From: Delftia acidovorans NBRC 14950
GTDB lineage: Bacteria > Pseudomonadota > Gammaproteobacteria > Burkholderiales > Burkholderiaceae_C
NCBI RefSeq assembly: GCF_001598795.1
Contig: NZ_BCZP01000010.1
Location: 180,001 to 212,000 of the forward strand
DNA length: 32,000 nt
Direction: 5' to 3'
Shown here piece by piece: positions 1 to 9,452 of this stretch (positions are counted from its first letter, which is position 1; the number at the start of each line of letters is the position of its first letter). The position numbers and the translations under genes are program-made. Below the pieces are notes generated by a model. That model saw only the letters and a list, made by a program, of their open reading frames with translations, did not search any database and had not been told where the DNA came from.

Positions 1-979
1 CCAGGTCGCTGAACCAGGTGGCCCGGCCCACGGAGGTCCACAGGCCTTCGTCCTCGAAGTCCTCGGGCCGCATGGCCGTGAGGATCTGCGGTGCCTCGGT
101 CTGGCCATAGGTGGTGGCCAGCACGGGGCCGAAGAAGGCGCGCACCTGGCGGATTTTCTCGGGCGGCATGGCGGCGCCGCCGTAGATGAGGCGGCGCAGG
201 CCGGGGAAGTCCGCACGGCTGGCGTCCGGCAGCGCCATCAGCATGTAGATCAGGGTGGGCGGCATGAAGCACACGGTGCCGCCGCGCAGGGCAAAGGCGC
301 TGCGCACGGCCCCGGCACCCACGCCGTCCAGCAGCACATGGCAGCCGCCCTGCGCCAGGATGGGCAGCAGATAGGTGGACGTGCCATGCGTGATGGGCGC
401 GGCCATGACGTAGCGGTCATGCTCATCGAACCCCCAGGCCTGGATCTGGTTGGCAATGCCGGCCATCCAGGCGCGGCAGGGCTGCATCACGCCCTTGGGC
501 AGGCCCGTGGTGCCGCCCGTGAACTTGATGGCCTGGATGGCATCGGCGGGCAGGTCGGGCACCACGGGAACGGCGCCACTGTGCGCCTGCTCCAGCGCCG
601 CCGTGCCCTCGCCCAGCACCAGGTGGATGCCCGGCGCCCCCTGCACCAGTGCAGCGCCGCCGGCATCGCACAGCACGATGGAAGGCTCGGTGGCATCGAT
701 GATGCGGCGCACCTCGGACTGCGTGCTCTTGGGATTGAGCGGCACCCAGACCTTGCCGCTGGCCATCACCGCCAGCAGGGCGGCGATATGGTCTGCGCTG
801 TTGCCCGCGCAGATGCCCACGCGGCTTTGCACGGCGGGCTCCAGCGCCTGCAGGCCGGCCGCCAGCGCGGCCACCTTGCGGGCCAGCGCGTCATAGCGGA
901 TGCAGCCGCCCGGCGCGTCGATGGCGATGCGCTGCGGCCAGCGCTCGGCCGCGCGCCAGAAAAAATCAATGGGTTGCAT
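1..979 (-). CDS. AMP-dependent synthetase/ligase (acyl-CoA synthetase-like adenylate-forming enzyme). N-terminal ~326 codons only; the 3' end lies beyond the left window edge.
   Basis: Absent from the ORF track because it is open at the window edge. My reverse-complement translation from the ATG at 979-977 reads MQPIDFFWRAAERWPQRIAIDAP...IKFTGGTTGLPKGVMQP...TTYGQTEAPQ... with no stop down to position 1. TGGTTGLPKGV and YGQTE are the classical AMP-binding core motifs. AAGGAG lies 9 nt upstream of the ATG. Confidence 0.8.
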   Translation of the reverse strand, partial: MQPIDFFWRAAERWPQRIAIDAPGGCIRYDALARKVAALAAGLQALEPAVQSRVGICAGNSADHIAALLAVMASGKVWVPLNPKSTQSEVRRIIDATEPSIVLCDAGGAALVQGAPGIHLVLGEGTAALEQAHSGAVPVVPDLPADAIQAIKFTGGTTGLPKGVMQPCRAWMAGIANQIQAWGFDEHDRYVMAAPITHGTSTYLLPILAQGGCHVLLDGVGAGAVRSAFALRGGTVCFMPPTLIYMLMALPDASRADFPGLRRLIYGGAAMPPEKIRQVRAFFGPVLATTYGQTEAPQILTAMRPEDFEDEGLWTSVGRATWFSDL

Positions 980-1035
980 GGGGGTCGTCTCCTTGTGGGG
1001 CGGTTGTGTCGAGCTTTTGCCGAACGTGTGTCGAA

Positions 1036-2046
1036 CTACTGGGCGGTGGCGCCCGAGGCCTTGACCACCTCGCGCCAGCGCTTGATCTCCGACGCCGCAA
1101 AGCTGCGCATCTGCGCCGGGGTGCCGGGTTCGGGCGTGGCGGCCATCTCGCCCAGGCGCTGGCGCAGCTCGGGTGCGGCCAGGGCGGTGTTCAGGGCATG
1201 GTTCAGGCGCTCGATCACGGCGGGCGGCGTGCCCGCAGGGGCAGCCAGGCCGAACCACGACTGCACATCGAAGCCCGCATAGCCCGACTCCGCCAGCGTG
1301 GGCACATCGGGCAGCAGCGCCGAGCGCCGGGCGCTGGTGATGGCGATCGCGCGCAGCTTGCCGGCCTGCACATGGGGCAGGGCCGAGGGCGCGTTGTCGA
1401 ACATGGAATCCACCTGCCCGCCCAGCAGGTCGGTGATGGCCGGTGCGCTGCCCCGGTAGGGCACGTGCAGCATGCGCAGGCCCGACAGCTGCCGGAACAT
1501 CTCGCCCGACAGGTGGATCGACGAGCCGCTGCCCGACGAGGCGAAGCTGATGCCCTGCGCACTCTGCCGGGCGTGGCGCACATAGTCGGCCACGTTCTGT
1601 ATGGGCAGGCGCGGGTTGACCACGAGGATGTTGGGAATCTTGGCGATCAGGCCGATGGGCTCGAAGTCCTTGACCGGGTCATAGCCGAGCCGGGGGTAGA
1701 GCGAGGCATTGATGGTGTTGGCAATGGTGTAGACATACAGCGTGTAGCCGTCCGCAGGCGCCCGCGCCACGGCTTCGGCGCCCACATTGCTGTTGGCGCC
1801 CGTGCGGTTGTCCACCACCACGCTCTGGCCCAGCTGCTCGCCCATCCGGGCGGCCACCAGACGTGCGATCACATCGGTGGCGCCGCCGGCCGCATAGCCC
1901 ACCACCAGCCGCACGGGCCGGGCCGGCCAGGCCGCCGGCTGCGCCAACGCGGCGGTCGCGGCGGCCATGCCGGCCAGTGCGCAGGTGAAGGAACAGGCCA
2001 GCAGGCGCCGGCGCGCCCACGGATTGAAACGGGCAGGGGTTGTCAT
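1036..2046 (-). CDS. Bug-family (TctC-like) tripartite tricarboxylate transporter periplasmic substrate-binding protein
   Basis: 336-aa ORF with a signal peptide (LLACSFTCALAGMAAATAALAQ). Hallmark Bug blocks: RPVRLVVGYAAGGATDVIARL, VVVDNRTGAN, ADGYTL, VPYRGSAPAITDLLGGQVD. Same strand as, and 56 nt upstream of, the ligase gene. Confidence 0.9.
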   Translation of the reverse strand: MTTPARFNPWARRRLLACSFTCALAGMAAATAALAQPAAWPARPVRLVVGYAAGGATDVIARLVAARMGEQLGQSVVVDNRTGANSNVGAEAVARAPADGYTLYVYTIANTINASLYPRLGYDPVKDFEPIGLIAKIPNILVVNPRLPIQNVADYVRHARQSAQGISFASSGSGSSIHLSGEMFRQLSGLRMLHVPYRGSAPAITDLLGGQVDSMFDNAPSALPHVQAGKLRAIAITSARRSALLPDVPTLAESGYAGFDVQSWFGLAAPAGTPPAVIERLNHALNTALAAPELRQRLGEMAATPEPGTPAQMRSFAASEIKRWREVVKASGATAQ

Positions 2047-2106
2047 GTCTTGTCTCCAGGTGATCGTTCTGATGTCCGCTTATGTCTGCCTGTGTGGGCT
2101 TTCGAC

Positions 2107-2139
2107 GGCCTGCGGCACACTGCGCGCTGCACGCAGGCC
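2107..2139. promoter_or_regulatory. Inverted repeat GGCCTGCG-N17-CGCAGGCC in the divergent Bug/IclR intergenic region; candidate operator
   Basis: Perfect 8-bp arms read directly (2107-2114 and 2132-2139), lying between two divergently transcribed start codons (2046 and 2180). The binding protein is not established. Confidence 0.25.
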
Positions 2140-2179
2140 CTTTTCTGCCCTGCCTGCAATCACCGGGAAATTCTTTTCC

Positions 2180-2986
2180 ATGCCTTCGCGCAGCACCAAT
2201 CCAAACGTCCGGCCAGCGGACATTCCAGTCTCCGCCGACGATGCCGGCAGCCGCACGCTGCGCCGTGGCCTGCAGGTGCTGGACGCCGTGCTGGCTGCAG
2301 GCCGCGAAGGCCTGCGCGTCGCTGACCTGTGCCGCGCCACCGGGCTGGAGCGCGCCACGGTGTACCGCCTGCTGTCTACCCTGGTGGACAGCGGCTATGT
2401 GGCGCACAGGGGGCGCTTCGGCTATGCGGCCGGCCACCGGCTGGCGGCCACGGCCGCCAGCGCGGGCCAGCCCAACATGGCCGTGCGGCTGCAGCCCGTG
2501 CTGGAGCGCGTGAGCGCGGGCTGCGCGGACGCGGCGTTTGCCATCGTGCGCGAAGGCGCGGCATCGCACTGCATCGCCCGCCATGTGGGCACGCATCCGG
2601 TGCAGATCCTGGTGATCCAGGTGGGCACGCGCCAGCCGCTGGGCGTGGGAGCTGCGGGCCTGGCCCTGCTGGCCGCCCTGCCCGATGCCGAGGTGCAGGC
2701 CGCGATGGCGGCCAACGCGCCCGTGCTGGAGCAGTACGGCGGCATGACGCCCGAGCGCATGGCCCTGCTGGTGAAGGCCACGCGCCAGCGCGGCTGGTCC
2801 GTCATCGGCAACCACGCCACGCGCGGCGTGCTGGCCGTGGGCATGGCGGTGCGCAATGCCGAAGGCGAGCCCGTGGCCGCCGTCAGCGTGGCCTCCACGC
2901 TGGAGCGCATGCCCGGCGAGCGCCAGAAGCTGATTGCGCGCTCGATAGGCGAGGCCCTGGCGGCCCTGCTGCCGCGCGGCATCTGA
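2180..2986 (+). CDS. IclR-family transcriptional regulator
   Basis: Internal ATG at 2180 of ORF 1967-2986; the upstream part overlaps the Bug gene start. N-terminal wHTH pattern: LRRGLQVLDAVLAAGREGLRVADLCRATGLERATVYRLLSTLVDSGYV. IclR-type effector domain follows (GVGAAGLALLAALP...AVSVAS). Confidence 0.85.
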   Translation: MPSRSTNPNVRPADIPVSADDAGSRTLRRGLQVLDAVLAAGREGLRVADLCRATGLERATVYRLLSTLVDSGYVAHRGRFGYAAGHRLAATAASAGQPNMAVRLQPVLERVSAGCADAAFAIVREGAASHCIARHVGTHPVQILVIQVGTRQPLGVGAAGLALLAALPDAEVQAAMAANAPVLEQYGGMTPERMALLVKATRQRGWSVIGNHATRGVLAVGMAVRNAEGEPVAAVSVASTLERMPGERQKLIARSIGEALAALLPRGI

Positions 2987-3042
2987 GGCCAAGCCCCGGT
3001 CTGCACCGACAATCGGCGCTGCACACCACGAGCGCCGCCCCC

Positions 3043-4005
3043 ATGGAACTGAGACAACTCCGCTACTTCGTCCGCATCGTCGAACTGGGCTCCATGAGCC
3101 GCGCCGCCCTGGACCTGGACATGGTCCAGTCCGCGCTGAGCCAGCAGGTCAGCCGCCTGGAAAGCGAGCTGTCCACCCGGCTGCTGCAGCGCACGCCGCG
3201 CGGCGTGGTGCCCACCGAGGCGGGCGTGGCCTTCTTCCGCGAGGCCCAGCTCACGCTGCGCCATGCCGAGCAGGCCGTGCGCAGCGCGCAGCAGGCGCGG
3301 CTGTCGGGCTCGGTCAGCGTGGGCCTGGCGCCCACCACCTCGGCCATGCTGGGCCTGCCCATGATGCAGGCCATGCGCGCGCGCTACCCCGATGTGCGCC
3401 TGCACATGGTGGAAGGCATGTCCGGCCACCTGACCGACATGCTCAATGCGCGCGCGCTGGACATGGCCGTGCTGTTCGACGCCCGCCTGCACGGCGGTCA
3501 GGCCCGCGCAGGCGGGCGGCGCTGGCAGGTGCACCCGCTGATCGAGGAAGAGCTGTTCCTGATCCGCGCACGCGGCCACCACCCCGAGCCGCTGCCGCCG
3601 CAGATGGCGCTGGCCGACCTGGCCGGCGAATCGCTGATCCTGCCCACGGGTCTGCACGGCCTGCGCAGCACGCTGGACACGGCCTTCTCGCAGGCGCGCT
3701 TCACGCCGCATCTGGTGCTGGAGGTGGACTCGCTGTCCATGGTCATGGCGGCCGTGGATGCAGGCCTGGGCAGCACGGTGCAGCCCTGGGCCTCCATGGG
3801 CCGCTATGCCGATGCCGCGCAGCGCTTCGAGTGGTCGCGTATCACGGACAAAGATGCCCTGCGCACCAACTTGCTGTGCAGCCTGTCCGAGGATGAGCTG
3901 TCGCCCGCCGCCCTGGCCGCGCGCGTGGTGCTGATCGACTGCGTGCGCCAGCTGCTGCGCGGCGGTGCCTGGGCTGGCACGGCCCTCATCCATCACGAAG
4001 ACTGA
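3043..4005 (+). CDS. tcuR: LysR-family transcriptional regulator; TcuR-like by context (immediately upstream of tcuAB)
   Basis: ATG at 3043 within ORF 2329-4005. N-terminus [43 protein letters not shown] is a canonical LysR HTH. The symbol rests only on synteny with tcuA/tcuB, as in Salmonella tcuRABC. Confidence 0.7.
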   Translation: MELRQLRYFVRIVELGSMSRAALDLDMVQSALSQQVSRLESELSTRLLQRTPRGVVPTEAGVAFFREAQLTLRHAEQAVRSAQQARLSGSVSVGLAPTTSAMLGLPMMQAMRARYPDVRLHMVEGMSGHLTDMLNARALDMAVLFDARLHGGQARAGGRRWQVHPLIEEELFLIRARGHHPEPLPPQMALADLAGESLILPTGLHGLRSTLDTAFSQARFTPHLVLEVDSLSMVMAAVDAGLGSTVQPWASMGRYADAAQRFEWSRITDKDALRTNLLCSLSEDELSPAALAARVVLIDCVRQLLRGGAWAGTALIHHED

Positions 4006-4016
4006 TACCCCCATGC

Positions 4017-4036
4017 CGGCGGGCCCCTGCCCGCCG
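4017..4036 (+). terminator. GC-rich hairpin CGGCGGGC-CCCT-GCCCGCCG just after the LysR stop codon; weak or partial terminator, or a REP-like element
   Basis: Perfect 8-bp stem with a 4-nt loop read directly, 12 nt after the stop at 4005. No clear T-tract follows, hence the low confidence. Confidence 0.3.
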
Positions 4037-4052
4037 CGCGGCGTTCTCCCTA

Positions 4053-4079
4053 CATTCGCACTCCCCACGATGGCGAATG
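4053..4079. promoter_or_regulatory. Dyad CATTCGC-N13-GCGAATG abutting the tcuA Shine-Dalgarno; candidate TcuR/LysR site or 5'-UTR hairpin
   Basis: 7-bp perfect arms at 4053-4059 and 4073-4079. AAGGAG at 4081-4086 and the tcuA ATG at 4093 follow immediately. Confidence 0.3.
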
Positions 4080-4092
4080 CAAGGAGAACTCC

Positions 4093-5517
4093 ATGGACCC
4101 CGATGTCCTGGTCATAGGCGGCGGCAATGCCGCCCTGTGCGCGGCCCTGATGGCGCGCGAGGCAGGCCGCAGCGTGCTGCTGCTGGAGGCGGCGCCGCGC
4201 GACTGGCGCGGCGGCAATTCCGGCCACACGCGCAACCTGCGCTGCATGCACGACGCGCCCCAGGACGTGCTGGTCGAGGCCTACCCCGAAGAGGAGTTCT
4301 GGCAGGACCTGCTCAAGGTCACGGGCGGCATCACCAACGAGCACCTGGCGCGCATGGTGATCCGCGCCTCCTCCACCTGCCGCGACTGGATGCGCCGCCA
4401 CGGCGTGCACTTTCAGCCGCCGCTGTCGGGCGCCCTGCATGTGGCGCGCACCAATGCCTTCTTCATGGGCGGCGGCAAGGCCCTGGTCAATGCCTACTAC
4501 CGCAGCGCCGAACGGCTGGGCGTGCAGGTGCGCTACGCGTCGCCCGTGGACCGGCTGGAGATCGAGGACGGCGAGTTCAAGGCCGCCTGGGTGGGCGAGC
4601 AGCGCATCACCGCAAAGACCTGCGTGCTGGCGGCGGGCGGCTTCGAGTCCAACCGCGAGTGGCTGCGCGAGGCCTGGGGGCAGAACGCACGCGGCGAATG
4701 GCCGTCCGACAACTTCCTGATCCGCGGCACGGCCTTCAACCGCGGCGTGCTGCTGCGCCACCTGCTCGAAGACCATGGCGCCGACCGCATCGGCGACCCC
4801 ACCCAGGCCCACATGGTGGCCATCGATGCGCGCGCGCCGCTGTACGACGGCGGCATCTGCACGCGCATCGACTGCGTCTCGCTGGGCGTGGTGGTCAACC
4901 GCGAGGCCGAGCGCTTCTACGACGAGGGCGAGGACTTCTGGCCCAAGCGCTATGCCATCTGGGGCCGCCTGGTGGCCCAGCAGCCGGGCCAGACCGCCTG
5001 GTCCGTCATCGACGCCAAGGCCATTGGCCGCTTCATGCCGCCGGTCTTCCCGGGCGTGCGCGCCGACTCCCTGCCCGAGCTGGCACGCAAGCTGGGCCTG
5101 GACGAGGAACGCTTCATGCAGACCCTGGATGCCTACAACGGCGCCTGCCGCGTCGGCCACTTCGACCACACGGCGCTGGACGACTGCCACACCGAGGGCC
5201 TGGCGCCCGCCAAGACCCACTGGGCCCGCCCCATCGACACGGCGCCCTTCTACGGCTACCAGCTGCGCCCCGGCGTGACCTTCACCTACCTGGGTCTGGA
5301 GACCGACGACACGGCGGCCGTGCGCTTTGCCGGCCGGCCCAGCACCAGCCTGTTCGTGGCCGGCGAAATGATGGCCGGCAACGTGCTGGGCAAGGGCTAT
5401 ACGGCCGGCGTGGGCATGTCCATCGGCACGGCCTTCGGCCGCATCGCGGGCCGCAACGCAGCCCTGGCCGCCGCGGGCCACCCCGCCGTGCGCGGCGCAG
5501 TGACAGAGAAGGCTTGA
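4093..5517 (+). CDS. tcuA: FAD-dependent tricarballylate dehydrogenase
   Basis: 474 aa. N-terminal [22 protein letters not shown] dinucleotide fold. [22 protein letters not shown]...[17 protein letters not shown] are blocks I recognise from TcuA. AAGGAG lies 6 nt upstream of the ATG. Followed directly by tcuB. Confidence 0.85.
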   Translation: MDPDVLVIGGGNAALCAALMAREAGRSVLLLEAAPRDWRGGNSGHTRNLRCMHDAPQDVLVEAYPEEEFWQDLLKVTGGITNEHLARMVIRASSTCRDWMRRHGVHFQPPLSGALHVARTNAFFMGGGKALVNAYYRSAERLGVQVRYASPVDRLEIEDGEFKAAWVGEQRITAKTCVLAAGGFESNREWLREAWGQNARGEWPSDNFLIRGTAFNRGVLLRHLLEDHGADRIGDPTQAHMVAIDARAPLYDGGICTRIDCVSLGVVVNREAERFYDEGEDFWPKRYAIWGRLVAQQPGQTAWSVIDAKAIGRFMPPVFPGVRADSLPELARKLGLDEERFMQTLDAYNGACRVGHFDHTALDDCHTEGLAPAKTHWARPIDTAPFYGYQLRPGVTFTYLGLETDDTAAVRFAGRPSTSLFVAGEMMAGNVLGKGYTAGVGMSIGTAFGRIAGRNAALAAAGHPAVRGAVTEKA

Positions 5518-5522
5518 CCGAG

Positions 5523-6725
5523 ATGCAGACCCTGAACGCCCTGGCCCAAGAAGCCCAGGACCTGGCCGCCGGCCGGGTCATTCCCATCCTGCCGGTTTCC
5601 ACCGAAACGGCCGCCGAAGGCGAGGTGGCGCGCGCCCTGCAGATCTGCAACGCCTGCCGCTACTGCGAAGGCTTTTGCGCGGTCTTCCCGGCCATGACGC
5701 GGCGCCTGGAGTTCGGCAAGGCCGATGTGCACTACCTGGCCAACCTGTGCCACAACTGCGGCGCCTGCCTGCATGCCTGCCAGTACGCGCCGCCGCACGA
5801 GTTCGCCATCAACATCCCCAAGGCCATGGCCGAGGTGCGCGGCCAGACCTATGCCGACTACGCCTGGCCGCCCGCCCTGGGGCGCCTGTACCAGAGGAAC
5901 GGGCTCACGCTGTCGCTGGCCCTGGCCGCAGGCCTGTCCCTGTTCCTGGTGCTGGCCGTGGCCCTGCAGGGCGGCCTGGGCCGGCTGTGGGGCGCCGACC
6001 TGGGCGCCAACTTCTACAACCTGTTCCCGCACAACCTGCTGGTGGGCATCTTCGCGCCCGTGTTCCTGTTCGTGGTGCTGGCACTGGCCATGGGCGTGCG
6101 CCGCTTCTGGAAGGACGTCAAGCCCGCCACCGGCGGCGTGGACGTGGGCACGCCGGCGGCGGCCGAGGCCGCGCACGACGTGCTGCGCCTCAAATACCTG
6201 GACGGCGGCCACGGCGAGGGCTGCCACAACGACGACGATGCCTACACCCTGAGCCGCAGGCGCTTTCACCACCTGACCTTCTACGGATTCATGCTGTGCT
6301 TTGCGGCCACGGCGCTGGCCACGGTCTACCACTACGTGTTCGGCTGGGCCGCGCCCTACGAATTCCCCAGCCTGCCCAAGCTGCTGGGCGCCGTGGGCGG
6401 CACCAGCCTCATGCTGGGCACCGCAGGCCTGTGGCGCCTGAACCGCAGGCGCCACCCGCTGCATGGCGACGCGCGCCAGAAACCCATGGACCTGGGCTTC
6501 ATCGCCCTGCTGTTCCTGGTCGCCGCCAGCGGCATGGCGCTGTGGCTGGGCCGCGGCACGCCGGCCCTGGCCCTGCTGCTGTGCCTGCATCTGGGCGCGG
6601 TGATCGCCCTGTTCGCCACCCTGCCCTACGGCAAGTTCGCGCACGGCGTGTTCCGCACGGCATCCCTGCTGCGCCACAACACCGAAAAGCGCCAGCCCAG
6701 CCCCATCGGGCTGGGCGCCGACTAG
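5523..6725 (+). CDS. tcuB: Tricarballylate utilization 4Fe-4S membrane protein
   Basis: ATG at 5523 inside track ORF 4077-6725. Two Cys clusters, [11 protein letters not shown] and [11 protein letters not shown], followed by several hydrophobic helices ([36 protein letters not shown], etc.). This is the architecture expected for TcuB. Confidence 0.85.
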   Translation: MQTLNALAQEAQDLAAGRVIPILPVSTETAAEGEVARALQICNACRYCEGFCAVFPAMTRRLEFGKADVHYLANLCHNCGACLHACQYAPPHEFAINIPKAMAEVRGQTYADYAWPPALGRLYQRNGLTLSLALAAGLSLFLVLAVALQGGLGRLWGADLGANFYNLFPHNLLVGIFAPVFLFVVLALAMGVRRFWKDVKPATGGVDVGTPAAAEAAHDVLRLKYLDGGHGEGCHNDDDAYTLSRRRFHHLTFYGFMLCFAATALATVYHYVFGWAAPYEFPSLPKLLGAVGGTSLMLGTAGLWRLNRRRHPLHGDARQKPMDLGFIALLFLVAASGMALWLGRGTPALALLLCLHLGAVIALFATLPYGKFAHGVFRTASLLRHNTEKRQPSPIGLGAD

Positions 6726-6767
6726 CCGCATCCGCCCCGATTCCCAGCCAATGACGGAGACAACCCC

Positions 6768-7748
6768 ATGATGAACAAGCGCAACTTCCTGCACGCCAGC
6801 GCCCTGGCCGCCTCCCTGCTCGCACTGGCCGCCAGTGCGCAGGCCCAGGACTTTCCTCCCAAGAAGCCCGTGTCCCTGGTCGTGGGCTTCGCCGCCGGCG
6901 GCGCCGCAGATGCGGCCGCGCGCCTGATCGCCAAGAAGCTGGGCGAGAACATCGGCCAGAGCGTGGTGGTGGAGAACAAGGGCGGCGCGGGCGGCAACAT
7001 CGCCCACCAGCAGGTGGCCAACGCGGCGGCCGACGGCTCGGTGCTGCTGTTCGGCTCGGTGGGGCCGCTGACCATTGCGCCGCACCTGATGAAGCTGCCC
7101 TACGACCCCTTCAAGGACCTGGCGCCCATCTCGGGCGGCGTGAACTTTCCCAACGTGCTGGTGGTGCACAAGGGCGCGGGCGTGAAGACCCTGGCCGAGT
7201 TCGTGGCCAAGGCCAAGAAGAACCCGGGCACGGTGGACTACGCCTCGACGGGCGCGGGCTCGGCCTCCCACCTGGCAGGCGAGCTGTTCAACCAGCGCGC
7301 GGGCATCGACATGGTGCACGTGCCCTACAAGGGCGGCGCGCCCGCGCTGCAGGACCTGCTGGGCGAGCGCGTGACCAGCTACTTCGCCGCGCCGCCCACG
7401 GCCCTGCCCCACATCGAGGCCGGCAAGCTGATCCCGCTGGCCACCACGGGCCTCACGCGCCCGGCGTACATGCCCGACATCCCTACGGTGGCCGAAGCCG
7501 GCTATCCCGGCTTCGAGGCGCTGAACTGGTATGCCTTCGTGGCACCGGGCAAGACGCCCAAGCCGATGCTGGACCGCTGGAACACCGAGATCGTCAAGGT
7601 ACTCAATGACCCTGGCGTCAAGGAGGCGCTGAACAAGCACGGCCTCACCCCCCAGCCCACCACGCGAGCCGAGTTCGCGGCCTTCATGAAGAAGGAATAC
7701 GAGCAGTGGGGCAGGCTGGTGAAGGAGCGAAAGCTCTCGGCGGAGTGA
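6768..7748 (+). CDS. Bug-family (TctC-like) periplasmic substrate-binding protein, co-oriented with tcuAB
   Basis: 326 aa with signal peptide (ASALAASLLALAASAQAQ). Bug blocks PVSLVVGFAAGGAADAAARL, VVVENKGGAGGN, ADGSVLL, VPYKGGAPALQDLLGERV. GGAG lies 8 nt upstream of the ATG. Confidence 0.9.
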   Translation: MMNKRNFLHASALAASLLALAASAQAQDFPPKKPVSLVVGFAAGGAADAAARLIAKKLGENIGQSVVVENKGGAGGNIAHQQVANAAADGSVLLFGSVGPLTIAPHLMKLPYDPFKDLAPISGGVNFPNVLVVHKGAGVKTLAEFVAKAKKNPGTVDYASTGAGSASHLAGELFNQRAGIDMVHVPYKGGAPALQDLLGERVTSYFAAPPTALPHIEAGKLIPLATTGLTRPAYMPDIPTVAEAGYPGFEALNWYAFVAPGKTPKPMLDRWNTEIVKVLNDPGVKEALNKHGLTPQPTTRAEFAAFMKKEYEQWGRLVKERKLSAE

Positions 7749-7763
7749 GCGGCTTGCGCCCGT

Positions 7764-8267
7764 TCAGAGCTTGATCGGCTTGCGTGCCACGGGCGCTGCA
7801 AATCCCGCGCACAGGCGGTTCCAGACATTGATGCTGCCGATGGCATAGGTCAGCTCCACCATCTCGCGCTCGCTGAAATGCGGGCGCAGCGCCTCGAAGT
7901 CCTGCTGCTCGGGATGGGCCTGGCTCAGGCGCGTGCAGCGCTCGGCCCAGTTCAGGGCGGCGCGCTCGCGCCCGTCGTAGAAATCCACCTCGGGCCAAGT
8001 GACGATGCTGTTGATGCGCTGCAGGTCCTCGCCTCGGGACAGCAGTTCGCGCGTGTGCATGTCCACGCAGAAGGCGCAGCCGTTGATCTGCGAGACGCGC
8101 AGGAACACCAGCTCCAGCAGCTGGATGCCCAGGCTGGACTCGTGCAGCAGCGCGTTGATGCCGGCCTGGGCCTTGTACAGCTCGGGGGCGACGGCCTGGA
8201 AGTTCAGGCGCGGCGTGGGGGCGGCAAGAGGACGGGCGCCGGTGGCAGCGGAAGATGAAGCGGTCAT
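7764..8267 (-). CDS. Carboxymuconolactone decarboxylase / AhpD-like (alkylhydroperoxidase-fold) family protein
   Basis: ATG at 8267, with AGGAG 8 nt upstream; the track start at 8276 is a GTG lying inside that SD. Contains the AhpD-type CxxC-H motif (NGCAFCVDMH) and the family-typical WPEV...ERAAL...AE block. Confidence 0.8.
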   Translation of the reverse strand: MTASSSAATGARPLAAPTPRLNFQAVAPELYKAQAGINALLHESSLGIQLLELVFLRVSQINGCAFCVDMHTRELLSRGEDLQRINSIVTWPEVDFYDGRERAALNWAERCTRLSQAHPEQQDFEALRPHFSEREMVELTYAIGSINVWNRLCAGFAAPVARKPIKL

Positions 8268-8414
8268 GGAAAACACTCCTTGAGGGATGTAGCAGCCGGC
8301 CGGAATGGCTGGCCCATACCTTCAAGACGCGCGGGGCGTGCGCGTTGTGACAGCGTGGGCAAAAATTTTTTCGCAGCCCCGGCCCCCATCCCCCATTCCC
8401 GCCCCGGCTGGCGC

Positions 8415-9401
8415 TCAATCCGCCACGATGCGCCGCTCCGTGGCGATCTTGCGGTACAGGGCGTTCTCGGCCGCGATCTCGCGCGCGAACTCCTCGGGGC
8501 GGTTGCCGATCACGCGCGAGCCCGTGTCCTCGATCTGGCGGCGCACCTCGGGGCTGGCCAGTGCGCGCTGGGCGGCCGCATGCAGGCGCGCCACGATCTC
8601 GGGCGACAGCCCCTTGGGGCCGTAGATGCCATAGAAGGCGCTGCGGTTGACAGGCTCCAGCCCCAGCTCCTTGAAGGTGGGCACCTGGGGCAGCTGGGCC
8701 AGGCGCTCGGGCGCGGCCACCGCCAGCGCGGTGAGCCGGCCCGCCTTGATGAAGGGCAGGGCCGAGGGCAGGTTGTCGAAGACGATGGGCACCTGGCCCG
8801 CCACCGCATCGTTGAGCGCGGGGCCCGATCCCCGGTAGGGCACATGCGTGAGCGACAGCCCCGAGCGGCTGGACATCAGCTCCATCAGCATGTGGCCTAT
8901 GGAGCCCGTGCCCGCCGTGCCGTAGGCATGCTTGCCGGGGTTCTTCTTCACCTCGTCCACGAAGGCCGTAAAGCTCTGCGCCTTGAAGCCCGGATGCACG
9001 GCCAGCACATTGGGCGTGGCCGCAATGTTGGTGATGGGCGTGAAATCGGTGAGCGGGTTGTAGGGCAGGCGCGGGTTGATGGCCGGATTGGTGGCCGTGG
9101 TGGACACGGTGGCCACGCCCAGCGTGTAGCCGTCGGGCTGGGCGCGCGCGGCCTCGTGCGCGCCGATGGCGCCTCCGCCGCCGCCCTTGTTGTCCACCAC
9201 CAGCGGCTGGCCCAGGGCCTCTGCCATGCGCGGCGCGATCGCGCGCGCCACGATGTCGGTGGTGCCGCCGGCCGCAAACGGCACGATCAGGCGCACCGGG
9301 CGCGTGGGATAGGCGCCGGCATCGGCCGCCATGGCGCCCGGTGCGGCACCAGCGGCCAGCAGCAGGGCGCACAGGCTGCGGCGTGAAGTGAAGTGGTTCA
9401 T
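8415..9401 (-). CDS. Bug-family (TctC-like) periplasmic substrate-binding protein
   Basis: 328 aa with signal peptide (LCALLLAAGAAPGAMAAD). Blocks RPVRLIVPFAAGGTTDIVARA, VVDNKGGGGG, PDGYTL, VPYRGSGPALNDAVAGQV. AGGAG upstream. Lies 51 nt downstream of the dehydrogenase gene on the same strand. Confidence 0.9.
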   Translation of the reverse strand: MNHFTSRRSLCALLLAAGAAPGAMAADAGAYPTRPVRLIVPFAAGGTTDIVARAIAPRMAEALGQPLVVDNKGGGGGAIGAHEAARAQPDGYTLGVATVSTTATNPAINPRLPYNPLTDFTPITNIAATPNVLAVHPGFKAQSFTAFVDEVKKNPGKHAYGTAGTGSIGHMLMELMSSRSGLSLTHVPYRGSGPALNDAVAGQVPIVFDNLPSALPFIKAGRLTALAVAAPERLAQLPQVPTFKELGLEPVNRSAFYGIYGPKGLSPEIVARLHAAAQRALASPEVRRQIEDTGSRVIGNRPEEFAREIAAENALYRKIATERRIVAD

Positions 9402-9452
9402 GGGATGTCTCCTGGGAATGGCTGTGTTTTGAACGGACGGTGGAGGTTTCTG

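Noticed and set aside
338-1282. 314-aa plus-strand ORF at the left edge
   Set aside because: It is antisense to the edge-truncated AMP-ligase gene (1-979) and to the end of the Bug gene. The minus-strand frame contains TGGTTGLPKGV and YGQTE, so that is the real gene.
1967-2179. Longer start for the IclR gene (track ORF begins at 1967)
   Set aside because: It would overlap the divergent Bug gene start by 80 nt and would add a Cys/Leu-rich segment unrelated to IclR proteins. The IclR wHTH alignment begins shortly after the ATG at 2180.
2422-5481. 1019-aa ORF on the minus strand spanning the IclR, LysR and tcuA genes
   Set aside because: This is a shadow ORF typical of very GC-rich DNA. Its composition is dominated by Ala/Gly/Arg/His/Gln and it has no recognisable motif. 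It is antisense to three genes with strong family signatures. The same reasoning applies to 5397-7640 (-), 14371-16326 (-), 1679-2992 (-), 7684-9372 (-), 16561-17553 (-) and 17676-19037 (-).
4077-5522. Upstream 482 codons of track ORF 4077-6725, which would give an 882-aa protein
   Set aside because: This part is an alternative frame of tcuA with Arg/Pro/Gly-rich nonsense composition. TcuB homology begins at the ATG at 5523.
8357-8380. A5T6 tract (GGGCAAAAATTTTTTCGCAGCCCC) between the Bug stop and the AhpD-like gene start
   Set aside because: It is striking in GC-rich DNA, but only a 4-bp GC stem flanks it and I could not pair it with a convincing -35/-10 or terminator structure. It may simply be a curved or UP-like promoter element.
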